DNA of 64,000 bases from the human T2T-CHM13v2.0 reference genome, Homo sapiens: assembly GCF_009914755.1 (NCBI RefSeq), contig NC_060925.1; one strand, given 5' to 3'. The notes beneath the pieces were generated by a model. The model ran no database searches, was not told the DNA's origin, and saw only the letters and a program-made list of their open reading frames with translations. The translations under genes and the position numbers were made by a program. Below are positions 11,401 through 27,472 of this stretch, piece after piece. How positions within the stretch are numbered: the stretch's first letter is position 1; each line of letters begins with the position of its first letter.

Positions 11401-14289
11401 CGATCAGATATCCAGCCATTCCACATCTGAGTAATTATCCCAGGGAAATGAAAATGTACATCAACACACCAGTGAATGTTCATAACTCTATTTGTAATAG
11501 CCAAAAAATGGAAACAACCCAAATTTTCATCAGAATGAGTTATTCCCATGTTATTCCCATACAAATCGCGTTTCTATGCAATAAAGCACTTCTTTGCAAC
11601 AGAAAGAAACGAACAGATGATGTGTATGAGGACATGGATGAGTCTCAAAATAATTATGCTGAGTGAAAGAAGCTATCAAAAATGAGTACATACTGAATGA
11701 TTCCAATTTCATTACATTTTAGAAAATGCAGACAAACACATATTGGCAGAAATAATATCAGTGGTTGCTTGGGGATGGGATGGAGAGGAAAGGAGTTAGA
11801 TAAAAGGATTAGATAGACACAAGAAAACTGGGATCTTACCTTGATTATAGAAATGATTTCATGGGTATATACCTATGTCATAACATCAAATTGTACCCTA
11901 TATATATATATACATTTTATTGACTTTCAACTATGTGGTAATAAAGTTATTAAATTTAAAAATCATAAAATCCTATTTGTTTATATATTTTTGCTTTGAT
12001 TTAACAAATTTCATTTCTTCTATTTGTTCTATAAATAAGATGTTCAACCAATATCTAGAGTTATACTCATTTCACTGCAGCTACGCTTTTCTTAGAATAG
12101 TTATTTCTATTTTAGTTTTCAGAAAATCAAAAAAATGGAACACTAAATATTATGCATTTAAAATCCTTAAATATGGATTTAACTTAATATTTTTAAAATA
12201 TTGGTAATTTTTCCAGGTTTCTTTTATGTAGTAATTTTACTTCATCTTCAATAGCTATTTTTGACTTACCAGTATACCCAACCACCACCTTATTTTGCTG
12301 TAAAACATTTCAAATATTGAATTCAGCTATTTGCCTTTTATAAATCTCACCATTGCAGGGCTAGCAATTTCCGGTTTGACAACAATGCCCAAAGCTCCTT
12401 GATGGCAGTATCTATGGTTTACTTGTCACATGGCCTTAATATCTACATAGTCCTACTGTGTAATCAGTATGTATTTGTTAAGTAAGTGAATAATTTAATA
12501 TATATGGCCTTATAGTCACTGCATGATTCACAAAACTCTTTTAGGATATGGAGTAATAAACAATTACAGCAACTTAAAATATGGCACCTGTTAAAGGGCA
12601 TCTACCAAATATGGTCTGACTGAAGCAACATCAGTAAAATACCCATTTATCCAAAGCAGCCTGAGATCTGAATGGATATATAATAGTTATACAATCTAAA
12701 AACTGGTCTTGTGATATGTGTTGGCGTTTTTTGTTTAGTTACTTCAGACATCATATTGTTTACTTAGCTTTTGCTACTTTCTGATTAAAGAAGAGTTTGT
12801 GATCTAGAAAAAATATTCCTTATATGAAGCTTCAAATTATTGGTTATAGTATATAGAATTTTATTTGTTTCAAGATAGAAACATCTAAAAATTTTTAAAA
12901 CATTTACAAAATTTAAAGTTTCCATGTTGCAATGAAATTTACTGTTAACTAAGCAACATAGAAAATAAAGGTGCCCCCCAAAAGAGGATTATTTGTTCTT
13001 AATACTAACCGTGGCATTTTATCCATCTCCAGTGTCCTCAGCTCTTATTTGTGTAGCTGTCTTAGCATTTGAAATGAACACTTTGAAGTAGTGGAATACA
13101 AAAGTGAGGACTAAGGTGAAAGGTAAATTAGATGGAGCAGTTAGACTGTGGATTACTGTTACTCCCAGATGGGGAGCTGACTCGTACCCCATGCAAGCTT
13201 TCACAGGGTGTTGTTTCGATGGGCAGTGCCCTTGAGCTGCCCTATAACAGCAGTAAGAAAGAGGAGAGTTACGTCTAGCTTAGGCTTACAGGGATGAGCT
13301 GGAGTCTAGAGAACAGGACCCAAAGAAGTGGCTGTGATCACATTTCTTTTGGGGATTCTCTTTTTTTGTTGTTGTTTGACATTTCAGACATAGAATTATA
13401 TTGCAAGTCCCAAGTTTATATCAATGAATGAGGAGATAAGAATTCACGAATGATGTTGAACAGAAAATGTATGAAAATGGAAATGATAATGTTGTGTTGA
13501 TATCTTGTCAAAACTGAGCTTTAGTGCTTTGTTGTAAAGGTAGATTACTGGAGAAGTAATGAAATGAAATATTTATTATTCTGCCCAGAGAGAAAGATTT
13601 GAAATATTTTAACCCACCAAATTAAGACTTGTTATAGAAGAATAAAGCAATTCAGCCCAAACTATAGTACTGCAACCTCAACATTTGATTAAAACTTAGA
13701 TCTGTGGTAGATGTAAAGATGATAATAAAGAGGGTAATGGTATATGAAAATATTTAAGCACAGCAATGAGCATAGCGATCCTAGAGAATACAGGAATATA
13801 CAACAGAAATGAAGATATAATGTTTCTTGCAGCTTAGGAACTTGTCTCTTACATTGTCCATTTTATGTTCACTCAGTGATGGGTGCAGTATAGCAAGCAG
13901 CCAAGTTGAAAACAATGTAAACTTACATAGTAATGTGACAGAAGGGTCCATTTAAAAAGGGAAGAAACCTGAATTTGTCACAAACTATATGTCTGTATTT
14001 AGAAGAAATTGACACTTACAGAGAAAAATGTGCCACTATCACTTCTCTACCAGTTCAAAATGCAATTCATTTCATTTCATGGACAAGGCAACCAGAGGCT
14101 AAACAAAATAGCTTGTATTCATGTCCATGATAACATGTGAAATCTTCCTTAATACTTAATTCAATTCTTAATTTCCAAAATACATTTCTATGAGGAGGCA
14201 TTAAATATAATTATATATAATCTATATGTACCTACATATTTAATTGCATATGAAATACTAATGTGTTAATTCTTTTGTTAATATTAATT

Positions 14290-14680
14290 CAAAGTGTAGA
14301 CAGGACTGAATTCCTTTCTGGAGGTTCTGTGGGAGGATTCCTCTCCTTGTTCATGCAGGTGGTTAGCAGAATTCAGTATTTTTTTTTTTCTAATAGAACT
14401 GGGATCCTGTTTTCTTTCTGGCTGTCAGAGGGCTTTTACTGGCTTCTAAAGGCCACCTGCAATCCTTGGCTCATGGTCCAGTTCCTTCAGTGGAGCCAGC
14501 AGGTAAGTACCTCTCATATGTCCAATTGCTCTTTCTTTTCTCCCATCTCTCTGATCCACTCTTCTGCTTTCCTGTTTCACTTTTAAGGTCCGATGTGATT
14601 ATGTTGGACCTGACTGGATAATCCAGAATAATCTTCCTATTTTAAGATCAACTCATTATCAACCTTAATTCTATCTCTAA
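14290..14680 (-). mobile_element. MLT1D/E-family LTR fragment
   Basis: ttcctttctggagg...gcagaattcagt...ccttggctcatgg...ggataatccagaataatct motifs. Confidence 0.75.
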
Positions 14681-16965
14681 AATAAATTCTTCATGCATAT
14701 ATGTATGTATATATGTAAGGGTTCGTGTACGTATGACCACTTGGTAAGGATTAAATGAGATGCTATGAGCAAAAATATTGAGTGTATAAAATGAGGATTC
14801 CAATCTTTCTTCATTGTACTGAAAAGGGTAACCAAACCTCTTTTGTATTTTTACTAAAGGCACTGAAAAATAGCTCAAGCCACAGCATAAAGTCCAGTGT
14901 TTTGACTTTCCATAAAATGTTTTTAATTTGGATGAATTGCTGAAAGTGTAAATGCTATCTCTTTTTCTGAATAACTTTAAACAGCTGGCAGAATGACATT
15001 TTGCCCCTTTGGAAATTTTAAATGTAAACTCTGTGTTTAGTATATTGTCGAAATATAATTCAGCATCATTTAAAAGCTTAAAATTCTGTTACTGTGATAT
15101 TAATTATCTGTCATTTAATTTTTTTGTAATATTGCAGATTGTGTCTTTTTCTTCCTAGAACACAATTTTTAATTCACAAATAAAACAGACTACTAAATAT
15201 GAGACTTCATGTATAGAAATATTGTCATTTCATTATTAAATCTACTCTAAAAAGGAAATACAGTTAAAGGAATTTTAAAATGCTTTCATTATTTTCCATT
15301 TATCTGAGAGTCTTCAATCTTCTTTCCTTAAGAAAGCTAAGCATTTGGATGGAGTAGCTAACTTCAGTCCATATTTAAGTTCAAGTCTGAAACTTATCAG
15401 GAAAATTCTTAGCAAAGATTTTTAGTTGTAACATATCAGGCAGACATTTGACATTTTGTAACCAATTTTTAAGCTTTGGGTGTTTTTGGTATTTCTCAAA
15501 TCTCAATCAGTCTAACAACTCCTCCTTCTTTTTGTGTTCACATTGTTCTTTTTCTTTTCCTCCTCCAATTTCTTGTTGTTTTGTTGGTTTTCTGAGTTTA
15601 AGAGCTGTTTCCTGAATAAAGTCTGAAGCTTGACCACATTTTGTGTTATCTAAACATATCACAGAGAATATTTTATATTTGCATTTCTCTATCAAAATGA
15701 AAAAATGATGCAGTGACTGTCTTAATTTAATTCATGGTGATACACAATGTATTTGTAAATAAACATTTTTGAAATAATACAAATGAAGACATAATGTCAT
15801 AGTACAATGGATGTATTCGAATACAATTAAATATGATGTTTAAAAATTGAACAAAGTGAATATTTGCTCATAATTGTGCTGGAAGTATTAAACATTAAAT
15901 ATGATGCTCTCGGGTAATTTGGTGGAAATATTTTTTTCAGATCTTCACAAACCACCTTATTAAGATAAATGATCATGCCAGGTCTTATATTTATGACAGT
16001 ATAGATATTCCTGATGTAAGACAAACGAAATCCAACTAAAACTTTTTGGATTATTGGCAATAATGTTGTACTCAGTTTTAGGGTTAAAAAATAAAAGTTA
16101 AAAAGTTCATAACATTGCTTCAGACTATTATAAAGATTTCTCAAAGAGAAGTTCATACAATTTATTGTTATTTTAAACATTGCTATTTATAAGTTATGAT
16201 GTAATTAAGCAATTGTAATGAATTAGCTGCAGCATGATCAATTTAACATTTTGATAAACGGTAGTAGAACATTTTGGAATGACATCTATAGAATTACAAA
16301 TTCAGTGGCATAGAATCATAGAATAGCCTATGGTGTTTTTAAAAGTCCAACCAACATTTTTTAAAAGAAAGCTGAATATTTCACTTTATTTTCCCAAACT
16401 TCTGTCATCAGATGCTAGTTACCTTCAGTCATATACTTTTTCATCTTCTACTTTGAATCACTTTTAACTCTCTTAATTTTCCAGGATATAATGTAATTGC
16501 AGGATGGTTGGAATAATGTCGTTGACCTTGCTACAGTGGTTATTTTATTTTTCAGGACAGATAAGATACTCTTGTGCTATTACTATAACATAGTTGATTC
16601 TAAGTCACTTTTATTTCATATTTCAGTATGTTTGAAATTAGGAGGTATATTACAAGGACTGTAAAGCAGGTGAATGCCATGATGTTGTAGCTGTCATTTT
16701 TTTGTGCATGTGCCTCAAAGCTTACAGAACGGGGATTAGTAACTTGGAAGAAAATTCTGGCAATAACACTAGAGCTGTACTTAAGAGAAACACAAAGAAT
16801 GACATTATGTAGACAAACAAAAATTTTGAACCTCCAAGTTAAAAAGTAAATCAGGAGTGTCAGATTTTGAATGTGAAGAAATTTTAGAAATATTTTAATT
16901 TTTGTCTTGTGCCTATGTTTGATATACAGCTTCCACTTGGAAATAACTATAATTCACCGAATTTT

Positions 16966-17277
<312 letters not shown>

Positions 17278-18192
17278 AATTCACTGAATTTTAAAGTGTG
17301 AAGTGCCTTGGCTTTTTAAGGTTTTATAATTGATCATAATAATTGTACATATTTATGGGGTATATAGTGATGTTGTGATACATACAATGTATAGTGATCA
17401 GATCAGGGTTGTTACCATATCTATCATTCAAATACGTATTATTTCTTTGTGTTGGAAACATTCAATATCCTCCTTCTACCTATTTGAAACTATATTATCA
17501 ACTATAGTCATTCTATATTGCTATAGAAGAATATAATTTATTTTTCCTATCTAGCTGTAATTTTGTATCCCTTAACAAATCTCTCCCCGTCTCCCCTTTT
17601 CCCCTATCCTCCCTGGCCTCTCATATCCTCCATTCTACTTTTGACTTCCATGAGATCAACTTTTTTTAGCTTCCACATATGAGTGAGAACATGCATTGTT
17701 TAGCTTTCTCTTTCTGGCTTATTTCATTCAACATAATGCCCTCCAGTTCCATCCATGTTGCCATGAATGATATGATTTAATCTTTTGTATGGCTGAATAG
17801 TATTCAATTTTGTATTTATGACACAGTTTCTTTCTTTATTCATCTGTTGTTGGACACCTAGGTTGATTCCATATCTTGGCTATTGTGAATAGTGCTTCAA
17901 TGCACATGAGAGTGCAAATGTCTCTTTGATATACTGATTTCCTTTCCTTTGGATAAATGCCCTGTAATGGGAGTGCTGGATCATATGGTAGTTCTATATG
18001 TAGTTTTTTTGAGAAACCCCCATACTCCTCTCCATAGTAACTGTGCTAGTTTATATTCCCACCAACAGGGTGAAAGAGTTCTCTTTTCTCTGCATCTTCA
18101 CCAGCATTTGTTATGTTTTATATTGTTAACAGGCATTCTAACTGGGGTAACATAATACCTCATTGTGGTTTTGATTTGCATTTCCCTGATAA

Positions 18193-18591
<399 letters not shown>

Positions 18592-18604
18592 TAAAATAAA
18601 TAGT

Positions 18605-18705
18605 TTCTCCTTTCCCTTTCCCTTTCATTTCCTTTCCTTTCCTTCTCTCCCTCCCTCCCTCCCTCCCTTCCATTCTTCCTCCTTCCTCCTTCCTTCCTTC
18701 TTTAT
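18605..18705. repeat. CT-rich low-complexity polypyrimidine tract
   Basis: ttcc/ctcc repeats directly visible. Confidence 0.9.
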
Positions 18706-21700
18706 TTTCTGTTGAGATGGTCAAATTTCTTGTATATTCTGCATATTAATCACGTGTTGGATGAATTGTTTGCATATATTTTCTTCCATTCTGTTGGCTT
18801 TCTTTTCACTCTTTTGATTATTTCACTTGCTGTGCAGAAGCTTTTAGGTTTGATGTAATCCCATTTGTTTATTTTTGCTTTTGTTGCCTATGCTTTTGAG
18901 GTCTTATTCATATAATCTTTTCCCATACCAATGTCTGAAAATGTTTTCCCTGTATTTCCTTCTGGTAGCTTAATAGTCTTGGGTCTTACCTTTAATTCAT
19001 TTTGAGTTAATTTTTGTGTAGGGTGAGATGTCCAGTTTTTTCCCAGATCATTTATTGAAGAGTCTCTCCTTTCCCCCAATATATGTTCTTGGTGCCTTTG
19101 TCAAAAATCAGTTGGCTGTAGATGTATGAATTTATTTCTGCATTCTCTATTCTGTTCCATCGGTGTGCATGACCATTTTTATGCCAGCACTATGATGTTT
19201 CTGTTACTAGAGTTTTGTAGTATATGTCAAAGTCTGATAGTGTTATGACCCCAGGTTTGTTTTTTCATTTAAGATTGTTTTGACTATTCAGGGCCTTTTG
19301 TGGTAACATACAAATTTTAGAATTTTTTTTTTATTTTTCTATAAAGAATATCATTGTTATTTTGATAAGGATTGCATTGAATCTATAGATTGCTTGGCTA
19401 GTGTGGTTATTTTAACAATATTAATTCTTTTGATTAATGAGCATGGGATTTTTTTCATTTATTTGTATCTTCAATTACTTTCATAAGATTTTTTTGGTTT
19501 ATTTTGTAGCGGTTTTTCACCTCCTTGGTTAAATTTATTTCTAGGTATTTTTTTGTAGCTATTGTAAGTGAGATTGACTTCTTAATTTCTTTTTCAGGTA
19601 GTTTGTGGTTTGGGTAGAGGAACACTATTGATTTTTTATGTTAATGTTGTATCCTGCAGCTTTACTGCATTTTGTCTATCAGTTTTGATGGTTTATTGGT
19701 GGAGACCTTAGGTTTTTCTATATGTAAGATCATGTCATCAGCAAATAGGAACAATTTGAGCTTTTTGCTTTCCCATTTAAATTCCCTTCATTTTCTTGTT
19801 TTGCTTAATTTCTCTAGCTAGGACTTCCAGTACTGTGTTGAATAAGAGTGGTGAGAGTGGGCATCCTTGTCTTCTTTCAGTTCTCAGAACTAAAAGCTTT
19901 TCCCAGTTCAGTATATTAGCTGTGACTTTGTCACATATAACCTTTATTGTGTCAAGGTACTTTCCCTCTATACCTAATTTATTGACAGTTTGTATCATAA
20001 AGGGATATTAAATTTTATCAAATGCTTTCTTCTCTATCTATTGAGAAGATCATATGGTTTTTGTTCTTCATTCTGTGATGTGATGTATTATGTTTATTGA
20101 TTTGTGTGGGTTAAGTCATACTTGTGTTTCTGACATATATCCCACTTGATCACAGTGTACTAACTTTTGATGTGCTGTTGGATTCAGTATGTTAGTATCT
20201 TATTAAGGATTTTTGCATCTATGTTAATCAGGGATATTGGCCTACAGTTTCCTTGTGTGTGTTTTCTTTGTCTGGATTTGCTATCAGGATAATACTGGCC
20301 TCATAAAATAAGTTATAAAAATACCTTCACCTTCAATGTTTTGGAATAGTTTAAGAAAAAATGGCATTAATTTTTCTTTTAAGGTTCAGTAGAATTCAGT
20401 GGTGAAGCCATCTGCTTCTGGACATTTAATTGTTGAGAAACTTATATTGCTGATTCAATCTCATTACTTGTTATTATTCTGTTGACGTTTTCTATTTCTT
20501 TTTGTTCATTCTTGGTAAGTGATATGTTTTCAGGAATTTACTCATTTCCTCTAAGTTGTCAAATTTGTTTCCTTATAGCTGTTCATAGCAGTCTCGAATG
20601 ATCCTTTGTAATCCTGGGGTATCCATTATGATGACTCCTTTTCTGTTTCCCATTTTATTTATTGGAACCTTCTCTCTTATTCTTAGTGACAGTTTGTTGA
20701 TTTTGTCTATTTTTTATTCATCTTCTTGTTTTGTTAATCTTTAATATATGTTTTTGTCTCAATTACATTTCTTTCTGCTCTGATCTTTATGATTTCATTC
20801 TATTAATTTTGGGATTGGCTTTTCCTTGCTCTTCTAGTTCGTTAAGATGCATTGTTATGTTGCTCATTTGAAATCTTTCTAGATTTTTGATGTAGGCACA
20901 TATTGCTATAAAATTCCCTCTTAATACTGCTTATGCAATAACCCATAGGTTTTGGTATTTTGTGTTTCTACTTGTTTCAAGGAATTTTTTGAACTTCAAT
21001 TTCTTTTACCAGTTGGTCATTCAGGAGCATGTTGTTTAACTTCCATGCATTCGTATAGTTTCAAACGTTTCTTTTGTTACTAATTTTTTGTTTAATTCCA
21101 TTATTTTTGAGATGTGTTTTGCCCATCTCTCTCATAACCTGGGAAGTTCACAGCAATTTAATTAAATATTTTTCTACAATTTTCTCCCTTCTCTTCTTCT
21201 GGAATGCTCATAATGTGAACATTTATTTATTTAATAATATCCCACAAATTCTTTAGGTTTTCTTTATTAATTTTTATTATTCTCTTATTCTTTTTTACTT
21301 TTTAAATTGTTTGTCAGCTTGTGTTATTTCAAATGATCTTTCCTGAAGTTCAGGAATTCTTTTTTCTGCTTGGTCTATGTTATGAAACTATTTTTTTTTT
21401 CATTTCATTCATTGAATTCTTCAGCTGTTAGATATTACAAAAAAAGAACCAAACAGAAATCCTATTTCTTTGTTGAATTTTTCATTCAAATCATGAATTA
21501 TATTACTGATTTCATTCAATTATCTATCTGTATTCTCTTCTACCTAACTGAATTTCATTAAGATTATTATTTTAAATTCTTTTTCTGGCATTTTGTATAT
21601 TTTCTCATTATTGATGTCTGTTGCTGGATAATAATTGTGTTCCTTTGGAGTTGTCACATTTCCTTGCTTTTTCAGGTTTGATGTGTCCTTACACTGATTT

Positions 21701-21949
21701 CTAAACATCTGGTGTAACAGTCATCTCTTCTAGTTTTATGAAGTAGGTTTCGTAGGGAAATACATTTCTAAGAATGGCTCTTGGAGTGCCAGTTTGCTGG
21801 GGTGCATTGGCTTTGGTTATAAGTGGATGAAGTAGTATCGTCTCTATGTCATTTCTTCAGCTGTCATCTATGCTAGTGATGTTTGCAAGTATCTCAAAGA
21901 CATAGGCTATAGTGGCCATGGTGTGGCTTTGCTGTGGGTAGGTTCATCA

Positions 21950-22520
21950 GGCGGTTTTTCAGGTCAGAGGCATGTACCTGCCCCAGGTCGACCGACTTGG
22001 GGCTGCTATTAGGGCTATAGGTCTGTTCCTCTGGCTAAGATCACATACACATGGTTGCTTGAATGGTCTGGGGCATACCTGCCAGGGACAGCCCACGGGG
22101 ATGTTTCTCAGACCCAGGACATGGGCACATAGCTGCTTACCCGGCCTGGGAGTGTGTCTGCTGGGGTGGCCCATATGGATGTTTCTCAGGAGCAGGAGGT
22201 GGGTGCAGTACTACTCAGTTGGCCTGGAGGCTGACAAGCCAGGGGCAGCTCTAGGGCTGTTTCTTGGGCCCAGCAGACACACAGCTGCTTGACTGGCTGT
22301 GGGCTTGCCTTCCAGGGGCAGCTTGTGGAGCTGTTTCTCACTCCAAGGTTGTGGGTGCACAGATGCTTGGTTGGCCTGGGGTGGTCAGCCAAGGGGGCCT
22401 GCACAGCTGTTTCTCAAGCCCTAAAGCAGGTACAGGGCCACTGGGCAGGCCAGGGGCTTATCTGTAGTGGGATGGGTACCATGGGGCTGTTTCTTAGGCC
22501 CTGGGTAAAAGTACGTTGCC
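21950..22520 (-). repeat. Degenerate ~74-80-bp tandem array in the L1MA 5'UTR (~7-8 units)
   Basis: Anchor TGTT[T/C]CT at 22024, 22102, 22180, 22258, 22332, 22408, 22488, with shared gctgct/tggcctgg motifs between anchors. Confidence 0.85.
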
Positions 22521-24686
22521 ACTCCACCAGCTGAGGACCATGTCAGCTGCTCAGATACTTGAGGGCCTCCACCACATAGAGGAGAGTATGAAGTGGTTTG
22601 GTTGCTAAGGGCAGTTTCACAATGGGCAGGACTACCAGACTGTTCCTCTGGCTGGAAGTAAGGGGAATAGTAGTTGGTTTCCCTACTATGCACAACTCAA
22701 AGTCACAGCTGATCCTGGGCCCAAGCTCTGCAGTGCTGAGGTTGTGGCATTCGACTACCAATGTGGGCTTGGCATAATGAAGATGGTGCCCCAGTGCTGG
22801 GAAGGTGCAGTGGCTCCTGCCCCCACCCCAAGGAGGGCACACTTTTTTCTCCCAACAGGAAGTAACTCATGATGCCAGGCAAATTCAATCCATGTGGGGA
22901 AGATGGTACTGCAGAGGCTGCATGTCCTCCTGAACTTCCAGTCACCAGAGGTGCCTCTCCACTCCCCAAATACATTCTAACAATCCCCCTTTGATACTGC
23001 AGATAAATCTTTCCTGTTTATTCATTACCTTGGTCCTTTCTTGTTGGGGGATAGATGTCAGGTGTCTCTAGGTGTCATTTTGCTGACATTTTCCTTTATC
23101 GGTATGCATAGTTTTGACACGATTAAAATGTCAACATAAGACTTGATGATCTTGATTTCAAAATATATTATTTTGTTATATGTTATATATATGGCATAAA
23201 AATTAAATGTTATAATTATATATGTTATAAGAAATGTTATGATTTAATTGACAACGATTTTAAAATAGTACATAAAATAAATTTTGACTCAATGGTTATA
23301 ACAGTTTGGTCAGAAAATTTAAGGGAAGGTCCACACTGTTCCTCATTTATGAAAGTTTTGTGAAGTGACATTTATCTATTCAAAAATTGAATATCCCATA
23401 TAGAGTTAGCAAATACATTGTTTTGCTTTATTTCTCCTGTAGTCTTCTTACTCCCTAACAAGGAGTAAATTTAAAACTTTAGGTAACTATTTACAAGGCA
23501 ATTTACGAATGCTTTTGACATTGAAATTGAACTACAAGGTTATTTTAAAACTACCCTCTCTGTAAGAATAAATTAGACTACAGAGAGGAAAAGGTTAATG
23601 AGACAAATGTAAGATGCATTTAAACTTCGATTTCACTTGTCAGTTCATTTGTTCCATCTCATCAGACCTGCTGGTATGACAATTTTGAAATTCTCATTTT
23701 GATGGAGAAAAAGTTACAAAGGAGTAATAACAAATTTCTTTACACAGAAATAAAACATATTTTCCTGATGTCATGATATTCAAGAATTCAGTGAAAATGT
23801 GCAGAAATTACAAAGAGAAATAAAATGCATATCTTTTTGTAGTGACCCATATATAAATCACATATCTCAAACTGGTCTAACATAAAATCAGTTTTCGTGT
23901 TTTCATTGTATTTCAAATTAAAGAAAAAACAAACAGCTACCCTAGTTTTCAATTGTGTAATGTAAAGTAGCAACAGAAATTCTCTGGAATAAAAAAAAAA
24001 AAAAGAAAGAAAAGAAAAATCTGGAGGAATAAATAGCAACCAACATCCAAACCCAAAAAGCAGCAGATAAACTGGCATTTCAATTATCCATGTATTACAC
24101 ATCTTTTTTCTTCATTGTACATCACCAATAGCTGTGAGGCTGGAGTACTCCTAAGTTTGGTTTTGACAGTAGCTCATCAACTCTTCCAGTGTAAAAATAT
24201 GCTTATTTGCTGAAGTTTCACTGTTGTTTTTATTTGTTTAAAAGAAATGTTATGTATGCATTATGAAGTACCTGCAGGTGTAATTTCCTTATGTGGTTGC
24301 AGAGGTTGCCAAAACGGAAGACAATGAACAACTCATTATCTATTGGAGTAGGTGAAAAATTGATAAGCTTTCAATCAACATGTCTCACTATATTTCTTGC
24401 AACAGTATGCTTACTTCCAAGCAGAGTATAGGAAAAAATCTTCAGAACACGGTAACCTTAGAACAAATCCAATTTACCACATTAGCTGAAAGAGACACCA
24501 GGACTACAATATCCAGAAAGGAAGTACTTAAAATTACTTGAGGCATATACATATGACTTACAGTTTCATAGCTGATTATAGGCAGTGACACCTACACCAT
24601 ATTTACTTGTATACATACAGCACATTACCATATGCTGCTCTGGATACCTGGAGAAGGCAGAGTAAGAGAGAAGCTTCTGGTTTTAG

Positions 24687-25069
<383 letters not shown>

Positions 25070-25894
25070 AATAAATCCTTTTTAAATGTATTATACATGC
25101 TAAGTTTTAAGATATACATTTATTTTAGAAATATGTTCTATTTTCAGTTTTTTTCAATATTCTACTACTTTATGAGTACTTCTTAAATTAGATCATCATA
25201 GAGCATTTTTAAGAAGAAAAAAAGAACTCCCCTAGAAACAATGTCCTTCTCTTAATTTTTTAGGATAAATTTATATATGCAAATTTGACTCATAACATAA
25301 TTTTGAATCAAAATAGCTCATTATATCTGCTGTCCAAAATGTATGTAGTGAATTACTAGAGTTACAGTCATAGCTTAGAATGGGAACAGATCAGATCAGG
25401 GGTTTAATAGAATTAAGGACAGCTCAGTCAATGTCTTTAAAGTATTTATGAGAATTTCTCTTGAGCCCTTAATTGTTCAATTTTAAACTGCCTTCAGCAT
25501 TTAGCTAGGGCATTTACAACTGGGAGTATGCCTTGGAAAACAGTTTTGCTCCAGGCTTAGAAGTAGCTAGGAATAGTCACAGCAGCGAAATCTGTGTTGG
25601 AACTGTATGGGCATTTCTAGGATACCATTGCTTATAGCCATTGTCTCATTTTTTTTTCTGTTTACCTTCAACTGATGAATATTAAAAAATTATCCATTGC
25701 ATCAAAAGCTTTGCATTAGAACTTAAAACTATTTATAAACAAAACATATAACTCAAGAAGTTTTCAAAATCTTTTATTGTACAGCTGTCCTTGCACTTAC
25801 TAGCACCATCCCAATATCCTGAGGCCTACCTTGGTAAATCACCTTCCAATATCTCCCAATGTCATGCTGTGCCCTTTTCCTTCTGTTCTCTTAT

Positions 25895-26250
25895 TGACAC
25901 TTTAACAAGTATTCTTGAGAACCTACTAAATGCCAGGTATTGTGTGTATAGCTTATAATACAAATATAAATAAAACAAGATCATCAGTCTTGGGGAAGAG
26001 AGAACTTCATAGGCTGGTGGTTACGATATATTATATTTAGAACAATGACCTTGATATATACAAAAATAAAATGAAAGTACAAAAGAAGAGTAGCAAGAAT
26101 GACTTGAACAGTCAGGGAAGGTTTCTTTGAAAAGGCTACATGTGAACTTACTCTGATGGATGATTTTCCAAGGCAAAAGAAGAAAGAAAATTTCAGATAT
26201 TATATAAATAGGCACAGAGAATACATAGCATGTCTGTAGAATGCTAGACA
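25895..26250 (-). mobile_element. L2 3' fragment
   Basis: aacaagtattcttgagaacctactaaatgccaggtattgtg is the reverse complement of the L2 3' end. Confidence 0.65.
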
Positions 26251-27237
26251 CTTTCAAAAGTGGAAATAGGAGGTGGTGGAATGCCAAATGAAACTCCTGA
26301 CCCCACTTTCCTGCCTCTGACTGCTACGCTGTCAAGGCTTTCCATTGGTTATTTCCAATTAGTACCAAAGGTTATGGGAGCCCTGTCCACACAGGCAAGG
26401 CTCCTAGGGTCAACAGGCAGTGAGGAGGGATGCAAAACCAATGTTAATAGCAATAGGGTTCTGTTAACTATTGAATGGAAATGGTGAAAATGGAAGACAA
26501 ATGACAGTCTACCTCTTTGTCCTTCAGCTCCTATTCTTGTCTTTCTTCCCCATGTTCCCCAAAGAAGGAATGAACAAAATACCCTCAGCTTTCCTATCAG
26601 GTTGGCATATCATGGTATCAATTCAGTCACACTCGTACTTCAAACCTAAAATGTTAGCTAATGTTTTTGTTCCTTTTTTTTTTAAAGATATCAAGAAAAA
26701 ATGAGGAGAAAATTGATAACATATATTTATTTTTTTTACTTCTTGTCTCTGTAGCTGACCATAGGCAAGCCTCAGTAGGAATCATACCTGTCTTTGTCCT
26801 CCAATTCTATGTCCCTTTTACTCTCTACCAGTATCCCAAATGGATGGATTTATTTACTGGTGGGATTATGCAATTTTTAATTCTCACAAAATCTAAGTGC
26901 TTTGTGATCTTGCCTTTATTTTTATTTTTTTTCCATTGACCTAATTGTTACACAATGAAGTACTAAAACTTCAGTAAACCCAGTAACCCCCTTCAATTCT
27001 GTGTTTTTCTTGCTTACATTCTATAGAAGCAACTCATTTTCACTATGTAATTGAGCTCAACCAGGCTAACAATATAATGAACTCTTTCTCTCCCTGTTCA
27101 GCAGCTTGCAGCATCAAAAATGATTATGGAGAAGTCTCAGCTTCCAATTTAATCAAACAAGTACTGTGTTCTACCACGAACACTAAAACCTCTAAGTGCA
27201 TATAGTATAAGATTATGAGATGGAAGCAAAAACTCCT

Positions 27238-27432
27238 TGTCTTAGTTTGCTTGGGCTGTCATAAAAATAAATACCAAGACTGGGTGGCTTCAACAACAGA
27301 AATTTATTTTCTCACAGTTATGAAAGCTGGATGTCTAAGATCAGGATACCAGCATTGTTGGGTTCTGGTGAGGACTCTCTTTCTGGCTTGCACAAAGCTG
27401 ACCTCTTGCTTTGTGCTCACATGGCCTTTCCT

Positions 27433-27472
<40 letters not shown>

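Larger units (their letters stand above)
6715..11960 (+). mobile_element. Ancient LINE-1 (L1MC/L1MD/L1ME-type), 5' region to 3' end, heavily deleted
   Basis: ORF1- and ORF2-like remnants (e.g. gggatttatcccaggaatg, ORF fragments YTKLNSKWIIDLNVKPKT) and an L1M-type 3' end at 11640-11950. Confidence 0.85.

Noticed and set aside
21950-22520. CRISPR-like repeat/spacer reading of the periodic TGTTTCT motif
   Set aside because: The intervening sequences are homologous to each other, the context is a mammalian L1 5'UTR, and there are no cas genes
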